Shown here: piece by piece, positions 1-7,112 of the stretch
Numbering within the stretch: the first letter of the stretch is position 1
Layout of the letters: each line of letters begins with the position of its first letter
Assembly: GCA_039793445.1 (NCBI GenBank)
Contig: JBAMLS010000012.1
Span: 21,225-79,865 of the forward strand
Source of the DNA: Minisyncoccales bacterium
GTDB lineage: Bacteria > Patescibacteriota > Minisyncoccia > Minisyncoccales > JBAMLS01
Reading direction: 5' to 3'
DNA: 58,641 nt
The notes under the pieces: model-generated
Told to the model about the DNA's origin: nothing
Seen by the model: only the letters and a program-made list of their open reading frames with translations
The model's database searches: none
Translations under genes and position numbers: made by a program

Positions 1-316
1 TATTTTTAATTCTCTCGCCTTTTACTATTTTTTTTATAATATCTAATAAATTAAAATAGCCATTAAATTCGTATTTTCCTGGTTGAAGTCTATTTTGATA
101 TTTTAAATAATTAACCAACATTAAAAATAAAAATTTATTTTTTATTATTCTTTCTTTTTCTAATTTTTCTGAAATTAATTTTGAACTATCCCCTATTTTA
201 ATTTCTACTATTTTATTTTCTATTTTTTTAGGAAAAAATATTTTAAATAAAAATAAATTAAGAAAAAATAATAAGAATAAAAAAAAGATAAAAAATATCA
301 AAAAGATTTTTTTCAT
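1..316 (-). CDS. mltG: Endolytic murein transglycosylase MltG/YceG-like, N-terminal part (gene runs off the window start)
   Basis: Absent from the ORF track because it is truncated. My translation from ATG at 316 gives MKKIFLIFFIFFLFLLFFLNLF (membrane anchor), then IKIGDSSKLISEKLEKERIIKNKFLFLMLVNYLKYQNRLQPGKYEFNGYFNLLDIIKKIVKGE. This resembles the YceG N-domain pattern (..QaGxYel....l.eil..L..G). Confidence 0.55.
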   Translation of the reverse strand, partial: MKKIFLIFFIFFLFLLFFLNLFLFKIFFPKKIENKIVEIKIGDSSKLISEKLEKERIIKNKFLFLMLVNYLKYQNRLQPGKYEFNGYFNLLDIIKKIVKGERIKN

Positions 317-319
317 ATT

Positions 320-985
320 TTATTTAAATTTTAGTGGACTACTTATTAGAGGCACAAAAATAAATCCTGGAGTTTCTTTTTCTTCAAAATTTTCTTCATC
401 TTTTTTGATAAACAACCAAATTGATTCTCCTATTGGAATTACTATTTTCCCACCTATTTTTAACTGTTTTTTTAAATTTGGAGGGACATTTTCTATTCCT
501 TTATTTTTTATTTTAGAAGCGCTAGCTGAAACTAAAATTTTATCAAAAGGCGTCTCTTTTTCGTATCCCCTTTTGCCATCGCCTAAAATAAATTTTATTA
601 CTCCTTTTTTAACAAAATTATATTTTTTTGCGTTTTCTTTTCCTAATTTTACTAATTCTGGAATTATTTCAATTGCTATTACCTTTCCCTTTTTATTTTC
701 TTTTGAAACAATTTCGGCTAACAAAGTACTTGTCCATCCAGAGCCAGAACCAATATCTAAAATTTTTTCTCCTGGTTGAGGTTGCAGTAATTCTAACATA
801 AAAGCAACAACACAAGGTTGTGAAATTGTTTGACCAAACCCAATAGGAAGAGGTCTATCTTCTTGGGCAAATTCTTTTAATTCTTTTGGTACAAAATTTG
901 ATCTGTCTATTTTTAAAAACGCTTCAATAATTTGAGGACTTTTTAGATATCCATCTTTAATCAATTGAGATACTAAAAAAGACAT
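320..985 (-). CDS. pcm: Protein-L-isoaspartate O-methyltransferase
   Basis: 221 aa. FVP....A.eD.PLPIGfGQTISQPcvVAfMLElL and the SAM motif ILDIGSGSGWtS are typical of PCMT. Confidence 0.9.
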   Translation of the reverse strand: MSFLVSQLIKDGYLKSPQIIEAFLKIDRSNFVPKELKEFAQEDRPLPIGFGQTISQPCVVAFMLELLQPQPGEKILDIGSGSGWTSTLLAEIVSKENKKGKVIAIEIIPELVKLGKENAKKYNFVKKGVIKFILGDGKRGYEKETPFDKILVSASASKIKNKGIENVPPNLKKQLKIGGKIVIPIGESIWLFIKKDEENFEEKETPGFIFVPLISSPLKFK

Positions 986-987
986 AA

Positions 988-1326
988 TTATTTTTTCTTA
1001 TCTTCTTCTTTTAGTCCAGGAAAATATTTAGGTTTTTTAATAATTATTTTATAGATATTTTCTAATAAATCTCCACCAGCATAGCCTGAAATTAAAGCAA
1101 TAGGAGGAGTAAAAGAAAATATAGAGATCAAATCAGAATAATATAGAGCGCCAGCTGTAGTTAAACCAATAATTCCAGATAAAAAAGACATCAAGAAAAA
1201 GTATTTTATATCGAAAGGAACATTTTTATAAGAATATTGATGTTTTATAAAGCCAATTAAACCTCTGATTACACCGCCTAAAAATCCTGAAATTAAAATT
1301 AAAAAATATGAATTTATAATAGTCAT
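988..1326 (-). CDS. Hypothetical small membrane protein (about 3 TM helices)
   Basis: 112-aa ORF, hydrophobic segments and a K-rich tail. It sits 2 nt upstream of pcm on the same strand. No recognisable family. Confidence 0.5.
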   Translation of the reverse strand: MTIINSYFLILISGFLGGVIRGLIGFIKHQYSYKNVPFDIKYFFLMSFLSGIIGLTTAGALYYSDLISIFSFTPPIALISGYAGGDLLENIYKIIIKKPKYFPGLKEEDKKK

Positions 1327-1336
1327 ATTTAGTTTT

Positions 1337-1435
1337 TTATAATGCCGACCTTACATTATTTATTAAAATTAATCCTACAATTAAAACGAAAATAAAAACG
1401 ATAATTATTTCTAATATAAGTAAAAATTTTTTCAT
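1337..1435 (-). CDS. Possible 32-aa single-TM peptide
   Basis: My translation is MKKFLLILEIIIVFIFVLIVGLILINNVRSAL. It ends 10 nt upstream of the 112-aa membrane protein gene. It is short and AT-rich, so it could be chance. Confidence 0.25.
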   Translation of the reverse strand: MKKFLLILEIIIVFIFVLIVGLILINNVRSAL

Positions 1436-1522
1436 AAAAATTTTAGATTTATTTATATATTTTATATTATTTTTCTCAAAATCTCAAAATAAAAAGAAAA
1501 AATTTTTAAAAACAATATAAAG

Positions 1523-1593
1523 CAGGGGTTGAGGGAATCGAACCCCCATCAGCGGTTTTGGAGACCGCTATTTTGCCATTAAACTAAACCCCT
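1523..1593 (-). tRNA. tRNA-Trp (anticodon CCA)
   Basis: Reverse complement AGGGGTT TA GTTT AATGGCAAA ATAG.. GCGGT CTCCAAA ACCGC .. GGGGG TTCGATT CCCTC AACCCCT G. It folds as a cloverleaf with a 7-bp acceptor and a GGTTCGATTCC T-arm. No CCA is encoded. Confidence 0.9.
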
Positions 1594-1601
1594 TTTTTAA
1601 T

Positions 1602-1772
1602 TTACTTTTTTATTTCTTTGTGTGGGGTATGCTTTTTACACTTTTTACAATATTTTTTAAGTTCAAGTTTTTTACCTTCTGTTTCAAGTTTTTTGCTCTT
1701 TTTTGTATGATAATTTATACTTTTGCAAACACTACATTGCAATTTTATAATTGGTTTTTTCTTTTTTGCCAT
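1602..1772 (-). CDS. rpmG: 50S ribosomal protein L33
   Basis: Below the ORF-track size cut-off. My translation is [56 protein letters not shown] (56 aa). It has the CxxC...CxxC zinc-ribbon form of L33 and lies between tRNA genes. Confidence 0.85.
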   Translation of the reverse strand: MAKKKKPIIKLQCSVCKSINYHTKKSKKLETEGKKLELKKYCKKCKKHTPHKEIKK

Positions 1773-1791
1773 AAATTTGATTTAATTTAAG

Positions 1792-1864
1792 AGCCAAGAC
1801 CGGGAATTGAACCCGGGACCTCACCCTTACCAAGGGTGTGCTCTGCCAACTGAGCTATCTTGGC
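1792..1864 (-). tRNA. tRNA-Thr (anticodon GGT)
   Basis: Reverse complement GCCAAGA TA GCTC AGTTGGCA GAGC A CACCC TTGGTAA GGGTG AGGTC CCGGG TTCAATT CCCGG TCTTGGC T. Confidence 0.9.
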
Positions 1865-1871
1865 TTTTTAT

Positions 1872-1954
1872 TGGGTAGGGAGGGATTCGAACCCCCGTAG
1901 GCCGAAGCCAACTCTTTTACAGAGAGTCGCCGTTGACCACTTGGCTACCTACCC
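1872..1954 (-). tRNA. tRNA-Tyr (anticodon GTA), long variable arm
   Basis: Reverse complement GGGTAGG TA GCC AAGTGGTCAA GGC G ACTCT CTGTAAA AGAGT TGGCTTCGGCCTAC GGGGG TTCGAAT CCCTC CCTACCC A. Bacterial class II tRNA-Tyr architecture. Confidence 0.9.
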
Positions 1955-1982
1955 AATAATTTATTTTAACAAAAAAATTTTT

Positions 1983-2708
1983 TTATTCAATAATTTTTTG
2001 GTGTTTTTTTCTCCATTCTTCAATTTTTTTGTGATTACCAGATAGTAATATTTTTGGCACTGATAATTCTACTTTCTTGTTTTTTATCTTTAAAATTTCA
2101 TTTAATTTTAATATAGCAGGTCTAGTATATTGAGGATATTCTAAAAAAGCGCCATTTTTGACTATTCTCTCAGATAATAATAATTCTGATTTACCGACAA
2201 CACCAGGAATTAATCTTGATATCGTTTCAATAAAAACTAAAGCGGGAATTTCTCCTCCCATTAAAACATAATCTCCAATAGAAATTATATCTATAGCCAC
2301 ATATTTTGTTATTCTTTCGTCTATACCTTCGTATCTGCCGCAGATTAAAATAAAATGATCAAATTTTAAAAAATTAAAAGCTATTTTTTGATTGAAATTT
2401 TTACCTCTTGGCGAAAACAAAATAATTCTTGTTTTTTTTCTTACTGGCTTTATTTTTTTATTAACTATTTTTATTCTTATCAAAGAGGTAATTGCTTTTA
2501 TTACAGGTTCTGCTTTTATTACCATTCCCCTGCCCCCTCCAAATGGTTTATCGTCTACTTTTTTTCTTTTATCATCTGAAAAGTCTCTTAAATTATAAAA
2601 ATTTATTTTAATAATATTGTTTTCAATTGCCTTTTTTAATAGGCTTTCTTTAAAATAACATTTAATAATATCTGGAAATAAAGTAATAATATCAAATTTT
2701 ATTGGCAT
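1983..2708 (-). CDS. trmD: tRNA (guanine37-N1)-methyltransferase
   Basis: 241 aa. Starts MPIKFDIITLFPDI, contains ..DDKPFGGGRGMV.. and ..ICGRYEGIDERI.., with a GDYVLMGGE knot motif. Confidence 0.95.
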   Translation of the reverse strand: MPIKFDIITLFPDIIKCYFKESLLKKAIENNIIKINFYNLRDFSDDKRKKVDDKPFGGGRGMVIKAEPVIKAITSLIRIKIVNKKIKPVRKKTRIILFSPRGKNFNQKIAFNFLKFDHFILICGRYEGIDERITKYVAIDIISIGDYVLMGGEIPALVFIETISRLIPGVVGKSELLLSERIVKNGAFLEYPQYTRPAILKLNEILKIKNKKVELSVPKILLSGNHKKIEEWRKKHQKIIE

Positions 2709-2721
2709 ATTTTTAATTTAA

Positions 2722-2756
2722 AAAGCGGTAGTATTTTTTAAAATACCACCGCTTTT
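2722..2756 (-). terminator. Rho-independent terminator-like hairpin between khpA and trmD
   Basis: The minus strand reads AGCGGTGGTATTTT-AAAA-AATACTACCGCT followed by TTTTAAATT. About 12-bp stem with one G.U. Confidence 0.45.
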
Positions 2757-2788
2757 ATTTAATTTCAAGAATAATATAATTTAGAAAA

Positions 2789-3091
2789 TTATATATTTAA
2801 ACTTTCTAAATCGTTTGTTTTTGAGGTTGTTTTTTTTGCGCCAATCGGTTCTTCTATTTTAAGATTTACTCTGGCGTGATTTTTCAACCCTACAATCCTT
2901 ATTAGATGTCGGATTGCTTTTATAGTTGAACCACCCTTTCCAATAATTTGGCCCATATCTTCTACATTTACTTTTAATGTGAGTAAAACTCCCATTTCGT
3001 CTACTTTTCTATCAATTTGAACATCTTCTTGGTGGTCAACTAAATTTTTAATAATATATTCAAGAAATTCTCTATCTGCTTCTCTTGTCAT
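2789..3091 (-). CDS. khpA: KH-domain RNA-binding protein (KhpA/YlqC, UPF0109)
   Basis: 100 aa. LVDHQEDVQI......LLTLKVNVEDMGQIIGKGGSTIKAIRHLI contains the GxxG KH motif. Canonical position between rpsP and trmD. Confidence 0.8.
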   Translation of the reverse strand: MTREADREFLEYIIKNLVDHQEDVQIDRKVDEMGVLLTLKVNVEDMGQIIGKGGSTIKAIRHLIRIVGLKNHARVNLKIEEPIGAKKTTSKTNDLESLNI

Positions 3092-3165
3092 ATATTCGTT
3101 TTTTTCTTTTTATTCGACCTTTACCTTCCTCGAACGAGGATTACCTCAAATAAACTAATATTTTT

Positions 3166-3193
3166 ATTTTAAATAAAAAAAATAAATTGTCAA
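3166..3193 (-). promoter_or_regulatory. Candidate sigma70-type promoter for khpA
   Basis: Minus strand has TTGACA (3193-3188), a 16-nt spacer and TAAAAT (3171-3166). AT-rich background lowers specificity. Confidence 0.3.
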
Positions 3194-3216
3194 GAGAAAA
3201 TTCTTGAATAAAATTT

Positions 3217-3513
3217 TTAGCTTTTATTGCTTTCTTGGTTTCTCTTTCTTTTTATTTTAATTTTTCTTTTTGTTCCTGTAATAATATTTTTATTTATTAA
3301 TAAATTATAAACTGAATCTGATATTTGAGCTCCTTTTTCTATCCAATATTTTATTCTCTCTTCTTTAAAATTGCTTATTTTTTTTATGGGATCATAAAAA
3401 CCTAAATTTTCTATAGCCTTTCCTGATTTTGGCGCTCTTTTTTTCTCAATTACAACTATTCTAAAAAATGGTCTATTTTTTTTACCAATTCTTTGATACC
3501 TTATTACTAACAT
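3217..3513 (-). CDS. rpsP: 30S ribosomal protein S16
   Basis: MLVIRYQRIGKKNRPFFRIVV...GFYDP is a typical S16 N-terminus. K-rich C-terminal tail. Confidence 0.95.
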   Translation of the reverse strand: MLVIRYQRIGKKNRPFFRIVVIEKKRAPKSGKAIENLGFYDPIKKISNFKEERIKYWIEKGAQISDSVYNLLINKNIITGTKRKIKIKRKRNQESNKS

Positions 3514-3519
3514 ATTTTT

Positions 3520-4257
3520 TTACTTATTATTATTTTGACACCAACCTTTCAAAATTAAAGCATTTTCAGCAGCGTTTTCTTCTGCTTCTTGTTTTGATGT
3601 TCCTTCTCCCCTTGCAATTAATTTATCATTGAAATAGACACCTACTAAAAAAGTTTTTGCATGATCTGGACCCTCTTCTTTTAAAACTTTATAAACTGGC
3701 GTAATTTTTAATTTTTCTTGGGTTTTTTCTTGAAGTTTTGATTTATGGTCTTTATAAAAATCTTCTGAAATTTCATCTTGTAATTTTCCAATTATATATT
3801 TTTTAATAAATTTTTTAGCAGCTCCAAATCCTTTATCTAAATAAATTGCGCCTATTAAAGCCTCTACTGTATTTGCAAAAATGTATTGTTTAGCCTTACT
3901 TGTATCTTTTGCTTCTCCTTTGCTTAATAATAAATAATTGTTAAGTGATAACTTTTTCGCTACATTTGCTAAATTTTTTGTATTTACTAAATACGCCCTT
4001 ATTAAAGTTAACTTACCCTCTGAATAATTATATCTTTTAAAGAGTTCTAGCGTTACTACTAATTCCAATATGGCATCGCCTAAAAATTCTAATCTTTCAT
4101 TATTTTCTAAATCAATATCTGGATTTTCATTTAAATAAGAACGGTGACAAAAAGCTTGGGCTAATAGTTTTTTATTTTTAAATTTTATATTTATTTTTTC
4201 TTCTAAACTCTTATAATCATTATTAATTTTCTCATGTATTTTATCACTCTTTTGCAT
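3520..4257 (-). CDS. rnc: Ribonuclease III
   Basis: [15 protein letters not shown] signature and a C-terminal dsRBD (GPDHAKTF...[18 protein letters not shown]). Confidence 0.95.
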   Translation of the reverse strand: MQKSDKIHEKINNDYKSLEEKINIKFKNKKLLAQAFCHRSYLNENPDIDLENNERLEFLGDAILELVVTLELFKRYNYSEGKLTLIRAYLVNTKNLANVAKKLSLNNYLLLSKGEAKDTSKAKQYIFANTVEALIGAIYLDKGFGAAKKFIKKYIIGKLQDEISEDFYKDHKSKLQEKTQEKLKITPVYKVLKEEGPDHAKTFLVGVYFNDKLIARGEGTSKQEAEENAAENALILKGWCQNNNK

Positions 4258-4675
4258 ATTCTTCTAATTCTTTAAAAACATTTCCTAATACGCCGTTTAT
4301 AAATTTTCCCGAATTATCACTTCCAAAATTTTTTGCCAATTCAATGGCTTCGTTTATAGCAACCTTTGCTGGAACCTCATCTTTATTAGAAAACAATAAT
4401 TCATATAAACCAATTCTTAAAACATTTCTGTCTATTAAATTCAATTGTTCTATTGGTCTTTCTGGCGCGCTAACTTTTATAATTTCATCAATTTTATCTA
4501 ATTTCTCTATAATTCCATTAGCTAATTTTTTTGTAAATTCCTCTTCATCAAAATTAGAACCAAAAATTTCAATATTTCTTTGTAAAATTTCGTTTAAATC
4601 CTTTGTTTTATTATAAAAATCCCACTCAAATAAACTTTGAAGAACAATAGATCTAGCAATATGTCTTGAAGCCAT
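4244..4675 (-). CDS. nusB: Transcription antitermination factor NusB
   Basis: 143 aa. [18 protein letters not shown]...[27 protein letters not shown] is the NusB pattern. Overlaps the rnc start by 14 nt. Confidence 0.9.
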   Translation of the reverse strand: MASRHIARSIVLQSLFEWDFYNKTKDLNEILQRNIEIFGSNFDEEEFTKKLANGIIEKLDKIDEIIKVSAPERPIEQLNLIDRNVLRIGLYELLFSNKDEVPAKVAINEAIELAKNFGSDNSGKFINGVLGNVFKELEEYAKE

Positions 4676-4679
4676 AATA

Positions 4680-4967
4680 TTATAATTTCTTTTTTGATAA
4701 TTCTTCTATCGTTAATGGTTTTTTCTTTTCTTCCTTTTCTTTCTCTTTCATTTCTTTCTCTCTTTTTTTACGTTCTTTTTTCTCTAATTTTTCCAAAATA
4801 TTTAAGACTTCTTTGTTTTTATAATAACCACAATTTGGACACACAATATGAGATGGAACTAAAACGCCACATTTCTGACAAGGTCTCAATGTTTTTGGTT
4901 TTAAAAAAATATGCATTCTTCTTTTTTGTTGTCTTGATTTTGTATGTCTTTGTTTTGGTACTGCCAT
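4680..4967 (-). CDS. rpmF: 50S ribosomal protein L32 with K/E-rich C-terminal extension
   Basis: [19 protein letters not shown]...CQKCG....H..CPNCGYY is L32 with a zinc ribbon. About 40 extra K/E-rich residues follow. Confidence 0.9.
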   Translation of the reverse strand: MAVPKQRHTKSRQQKRRMHIFLKPKTLRPCQKCGVLVPSHIVCPNCGYYKNKEVLNILEKLEKKERKKREKEMKEKEKEEKKKPLTIEELSKKKL

Positions 4968-5100
4968 ATATTTTTTAATATAACAAATAATTTAGATTTA
5001 TTCAATAGAAAGATATTAAAAGATGTTTTACAACTTATTAATATTATGCTAATTTATAGATAAAGAGCGCCTTAAAAATTTTATAAAGGAGGTGGAAAAA

Positions 5101-5604
5101 ATGAAATTTCTTAAGTTTTTTTTAAACGGGTTATTGTTTATTGTGGTAGTACTGATGGTAGGAGGAATGTTGGCATTATTAATCCAAGGATGGCAGCAAA
5201 TAGTTCAAATAGTAAAGATACCACCACTTTTTTTCTTTGTTATTTTAGTCTCCCTAGGAAATATAGTTGATAATTTCTTAGGGAAACAAATAAAAAAGAT
5301 AATACTAAAGAGGGTTTATACCAAAGGAAAGGTTGTAGCGTTTCAACCTGCTGGCAACGGAGCATGGGAATTGGGAATTATCACAAATGAAATCGTTACA
5401 AAGGGAAGTAAAAATTACGTAGTAATTTTTACGCCGACATTCCCGACAATTTTTACGGGAGGTGTGAGAATAATAGAAAAAGAAAAGGTGTTATTCCTCT
5501 ATAACTTTACTGTAAAAGATTTGACAACTTTTATAATAACTGCCGGAGCAGCTATTAAGAATATAGAGATAGAAGAAGAAGAAAAAAAAGCTGACGGTAA
5601 ATAA
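5101..5604 (+). CDS. DUF502-family membrane protein
   Basis: Two N-terminal TM helices, then ..VVAFQPAGNGAWELGIITNE...VVIFTPTFPTIFTGGVRIIEKEKVLFLYNFTVKDLTTFIITAGAA, matching my memory of the DUF502/COG2928 core (P.tP.P.sG....v......ld.sv.dal..iiSgG). I prefer ATG 5101 over the track's GTG 5092 because AAGGAGG (5087-5093) sits 7 nt upstream. Confidence 0.6.
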   Translation: MKFLKFFLNGLLFIVVVLMVGGMLALLIQGWQQIVQIVKIPPLFFFVILVSLGNIVDNFLGKQIKKIILKRVYTKGKVVAFQPAGNGAWELGIITNEIVTKGSKNYVVIFTPTFPTIFTGGVRIIEKEKVLFLYNFTVKDLTTFIITAGAAIKNIEIEEEEKKADGK

Positions 5605-5626
5605 GCCGTCAGCTTTTTATTTTTGA
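5585..5626 (+). terminator. Rho-independent terminator of the DUF502 gene
   Basis: AAAAAGCTGACGG-loop-CCGTCAGCTTTTT, then ATTTTT. The stop codon lies in the loop. 9 G/C-rich bp plus an A:U extension. Confidence 0.7.
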
Positions 5627-5683
5627 GCTGCTTATTATTGATTATTGACAAAATAAAATAAATGCTATAAACAAAATAATACA

Positions 5684-5735
5684 GGGGGTCCCAAAAAGGC
5701 CCCCCCACCCCTTTTCTTACCATATGAAAAGGGGT
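5684..5735 (-). terminator. Tandem hairpins downstream of miaB (convergent gap)
   Basis: ACCCCTTTT-11 nt-AAAAGGGGT (5707-5735) and GGGGG-11 nt-CCCCC (5684-5706). On the minus strand they are followed by GTATTATTTT. On the plus strand the second hairpin is followed by TCTTATTTTATTT, so it may act in both directions. Confidence 0.55.
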
Positions 5736-5742
5736 TCTTATT

Positions 5743-7065
5743 TTATTTCGTTATTTTTCCAAATAAGCCAAAAGAATTAACAGATTCGATTTTAATTTTA
5801 ACAAAATTACCTAATAAATTTTCTTTACATTTAAATTTGCAAGTTTTATAGTGTCTTGATTTTCCATAACACCAAAACCAGGAATTTTCTTTTTTAACCT
5901 TATCTACTAAAACATCAACTTCTTTTTTAAAAAATATTTTATTTTTTTCTTTTGCTGTTTTTTTTAGGATATTAGTTAAAATATTATATCTTTTTTCTTT
6001 TTCTTTTTGGGAAACATCGTCTTTTAATTTCCAAGCTAAAGTTTGGGATCTTTTTGAAAATTTAGCAATATATGCCATATCAAATTTTATCTTTTTAAAA
6101 ATTTTAACAGTATTTTGAAATTGTTTTTCAGTTTCTCCTGGAAATCCAACAATAACGTCTGTTGAAATAGAAACTTCTTTTTCTAATCCTTTTCTATATT
6201 TTTTAAAAGCTTTTCTTATTTCTTTAACTAAATTTTCATATTCTTTTTGAGTATAAAATCTATGCATTTTTTTTAAAATTTCATCATCGCCTGATTGAAT
6301 TGGTAAATTTAAATAAGGCGTTACTTTCTCTGCTTTTGCCATTTGAAAAATTAATTCTTTTGTAAAATTTTTTGGGTGAGGACTAGTAAACCTTATCCAG
6401 AAATTGCCTTCAATATTATTTATTATTTTTAATAATTTTGCAAAATTTACATCTTTAAATTGATAATCGTTTACATTTTGGCCTAATAACCAGATTTCTT
6501 TAAAATTATTTTTAACAAGATCTTCAACTTCTTTTTTAATTTCTTTCCAGTTTCTACATATCAATTTCCCTCTTGTAAAAGGTACTACACAATAAGAGCA
6601 AAAATTATTACACCCATTTGAAATTGGTACAAAAGCAGAAAAATTATTAGAATATTTAGGCTTAATTTTAAAATATTCGCAACTTTCTTTTTTTATGTCT
6701 TTTATTTTTTGATAAAAATTTTTATTTTTTAAAATAATATTTTTCCATTTTGGTAAAGTTTGAATATTTAAAATGAAATCAAATTTATTTTTTAACTTAT
6801 TTTTATCTTCATTTAAAATACAACCTGTTAAAATTGTTTTTATTTTAGGATTTATTTTTTTCAATTTTTCTATTTTGTTTATGATGCCATAAACTCTATC
6901 TACGGCAGATTGCCTTACAGAACACATATTTACTAAAATAAAATTGGCATCTTCTATTTTAGCTGCCATTTTATATCCTATTTTTTCAAAAAAAGAGGCA
7001 ATTCTTTCACTGTCATTTTTATTCATTTGACAACCAAAAGTTATAATAAAATATGTTTTTGTCAT
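5743..7065 (-). CDS. miaB: tRNA methylthiotransferase MiaB-like (radical SAM, TRAM domain)
   Basis: 440 aa. TFGCQMNKNDSE (UPF0004 N-domain), CNNFCSYCVVPFTRG radical-SAM cluster motif and a C-terminal TRAM-like end. Confidence 0.88.
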   Translation of the reverse strand: MTKTYFIITFGCQMNKNDSERIASFFEKIGYKMAAKIEDANFILVNMCSVRQSAVDRVYGIINKIEKLKKINPKIKTILTGCILNEDKNKLKNKFDFILNIQTLPKWKNIILKNKNFYQKIKDIKKESCEYFKIKPKYSNNFSAFVPISNGCNNFCSYCVVPFTRGKLICRNWKEIKKEVEDLVKNNFKEIWLLGQNVNDYQFKDVNFAKLLKIINNIEGNFWIRFTSPHPKNFTKELIFQMAKAEKVTPYLNLPIQSGDDEILKKMHRFYTQKEYENLVKEIRKAFKKYRKGLEKEVSISTDVIVGFPGETEKQFQNTVKIFKKIKFDMAYIAKFSKRSQTLAWKLKDDVSQKEKEKRYNILTNILKKTAKEKNKIFFKKEVDVLVDKVKKENSWFWCYGKSRHYKTCKFKCKENLLGNFVKIKIESVNSFGLFGKITK

Positions 7066-7112
7066 TTTAAAATTTATATTATTAGAGAAATCAGATTTTT
7101 TGATTAGTTCTT

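Noticed and set aside
405-779. Plus-strand ORFs in the track that lie antisense to strong minus-strand genes. They are 405-779, 2388-2598, 4344-4616, 4694-4978, 7204-7392, 9761-9982, 10521-10784, 16856-17158, 17885-18550, 19534-19743, 21898-22080, 26683-26880, 28064-28249, 28765-29100, 31612-31890, 33472-33660, 40712-40894, 44421-44627, 48387-48768, 48843-49046, 49784-49969, 52151-52538 and 55435-55641. The minus-strand ORFs 36128-36349 and 58409-58612 fall in the same class.
   Set aside because: Each is fully embedded in a well-supported gene on the opposite strand. Each has a low-complexity F/L/I/S-rich translation typical of antisense frames in AT-rich DNA. None has recognisable motifs.
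1860-2045. 61-aa plus-strand ORF (MAFYWVGRDSNPRRPK...).
   Set aside because: It reads straight through the antisense of tRNA-Tyr. The DSNPRRP string is the classic artefact of translating a tRNA T-arm. It also runs into the trmD 3' end.
5499-5723. 74-aa minus-strand ORF across the DUF502 3' end and the terminator hairpins.
   Set aside because: It overlaps a better-supported gene in antisense. Its N-terminus (MVRKGVGGPFWDP) is simply the translation of the GC-rich hairpins.
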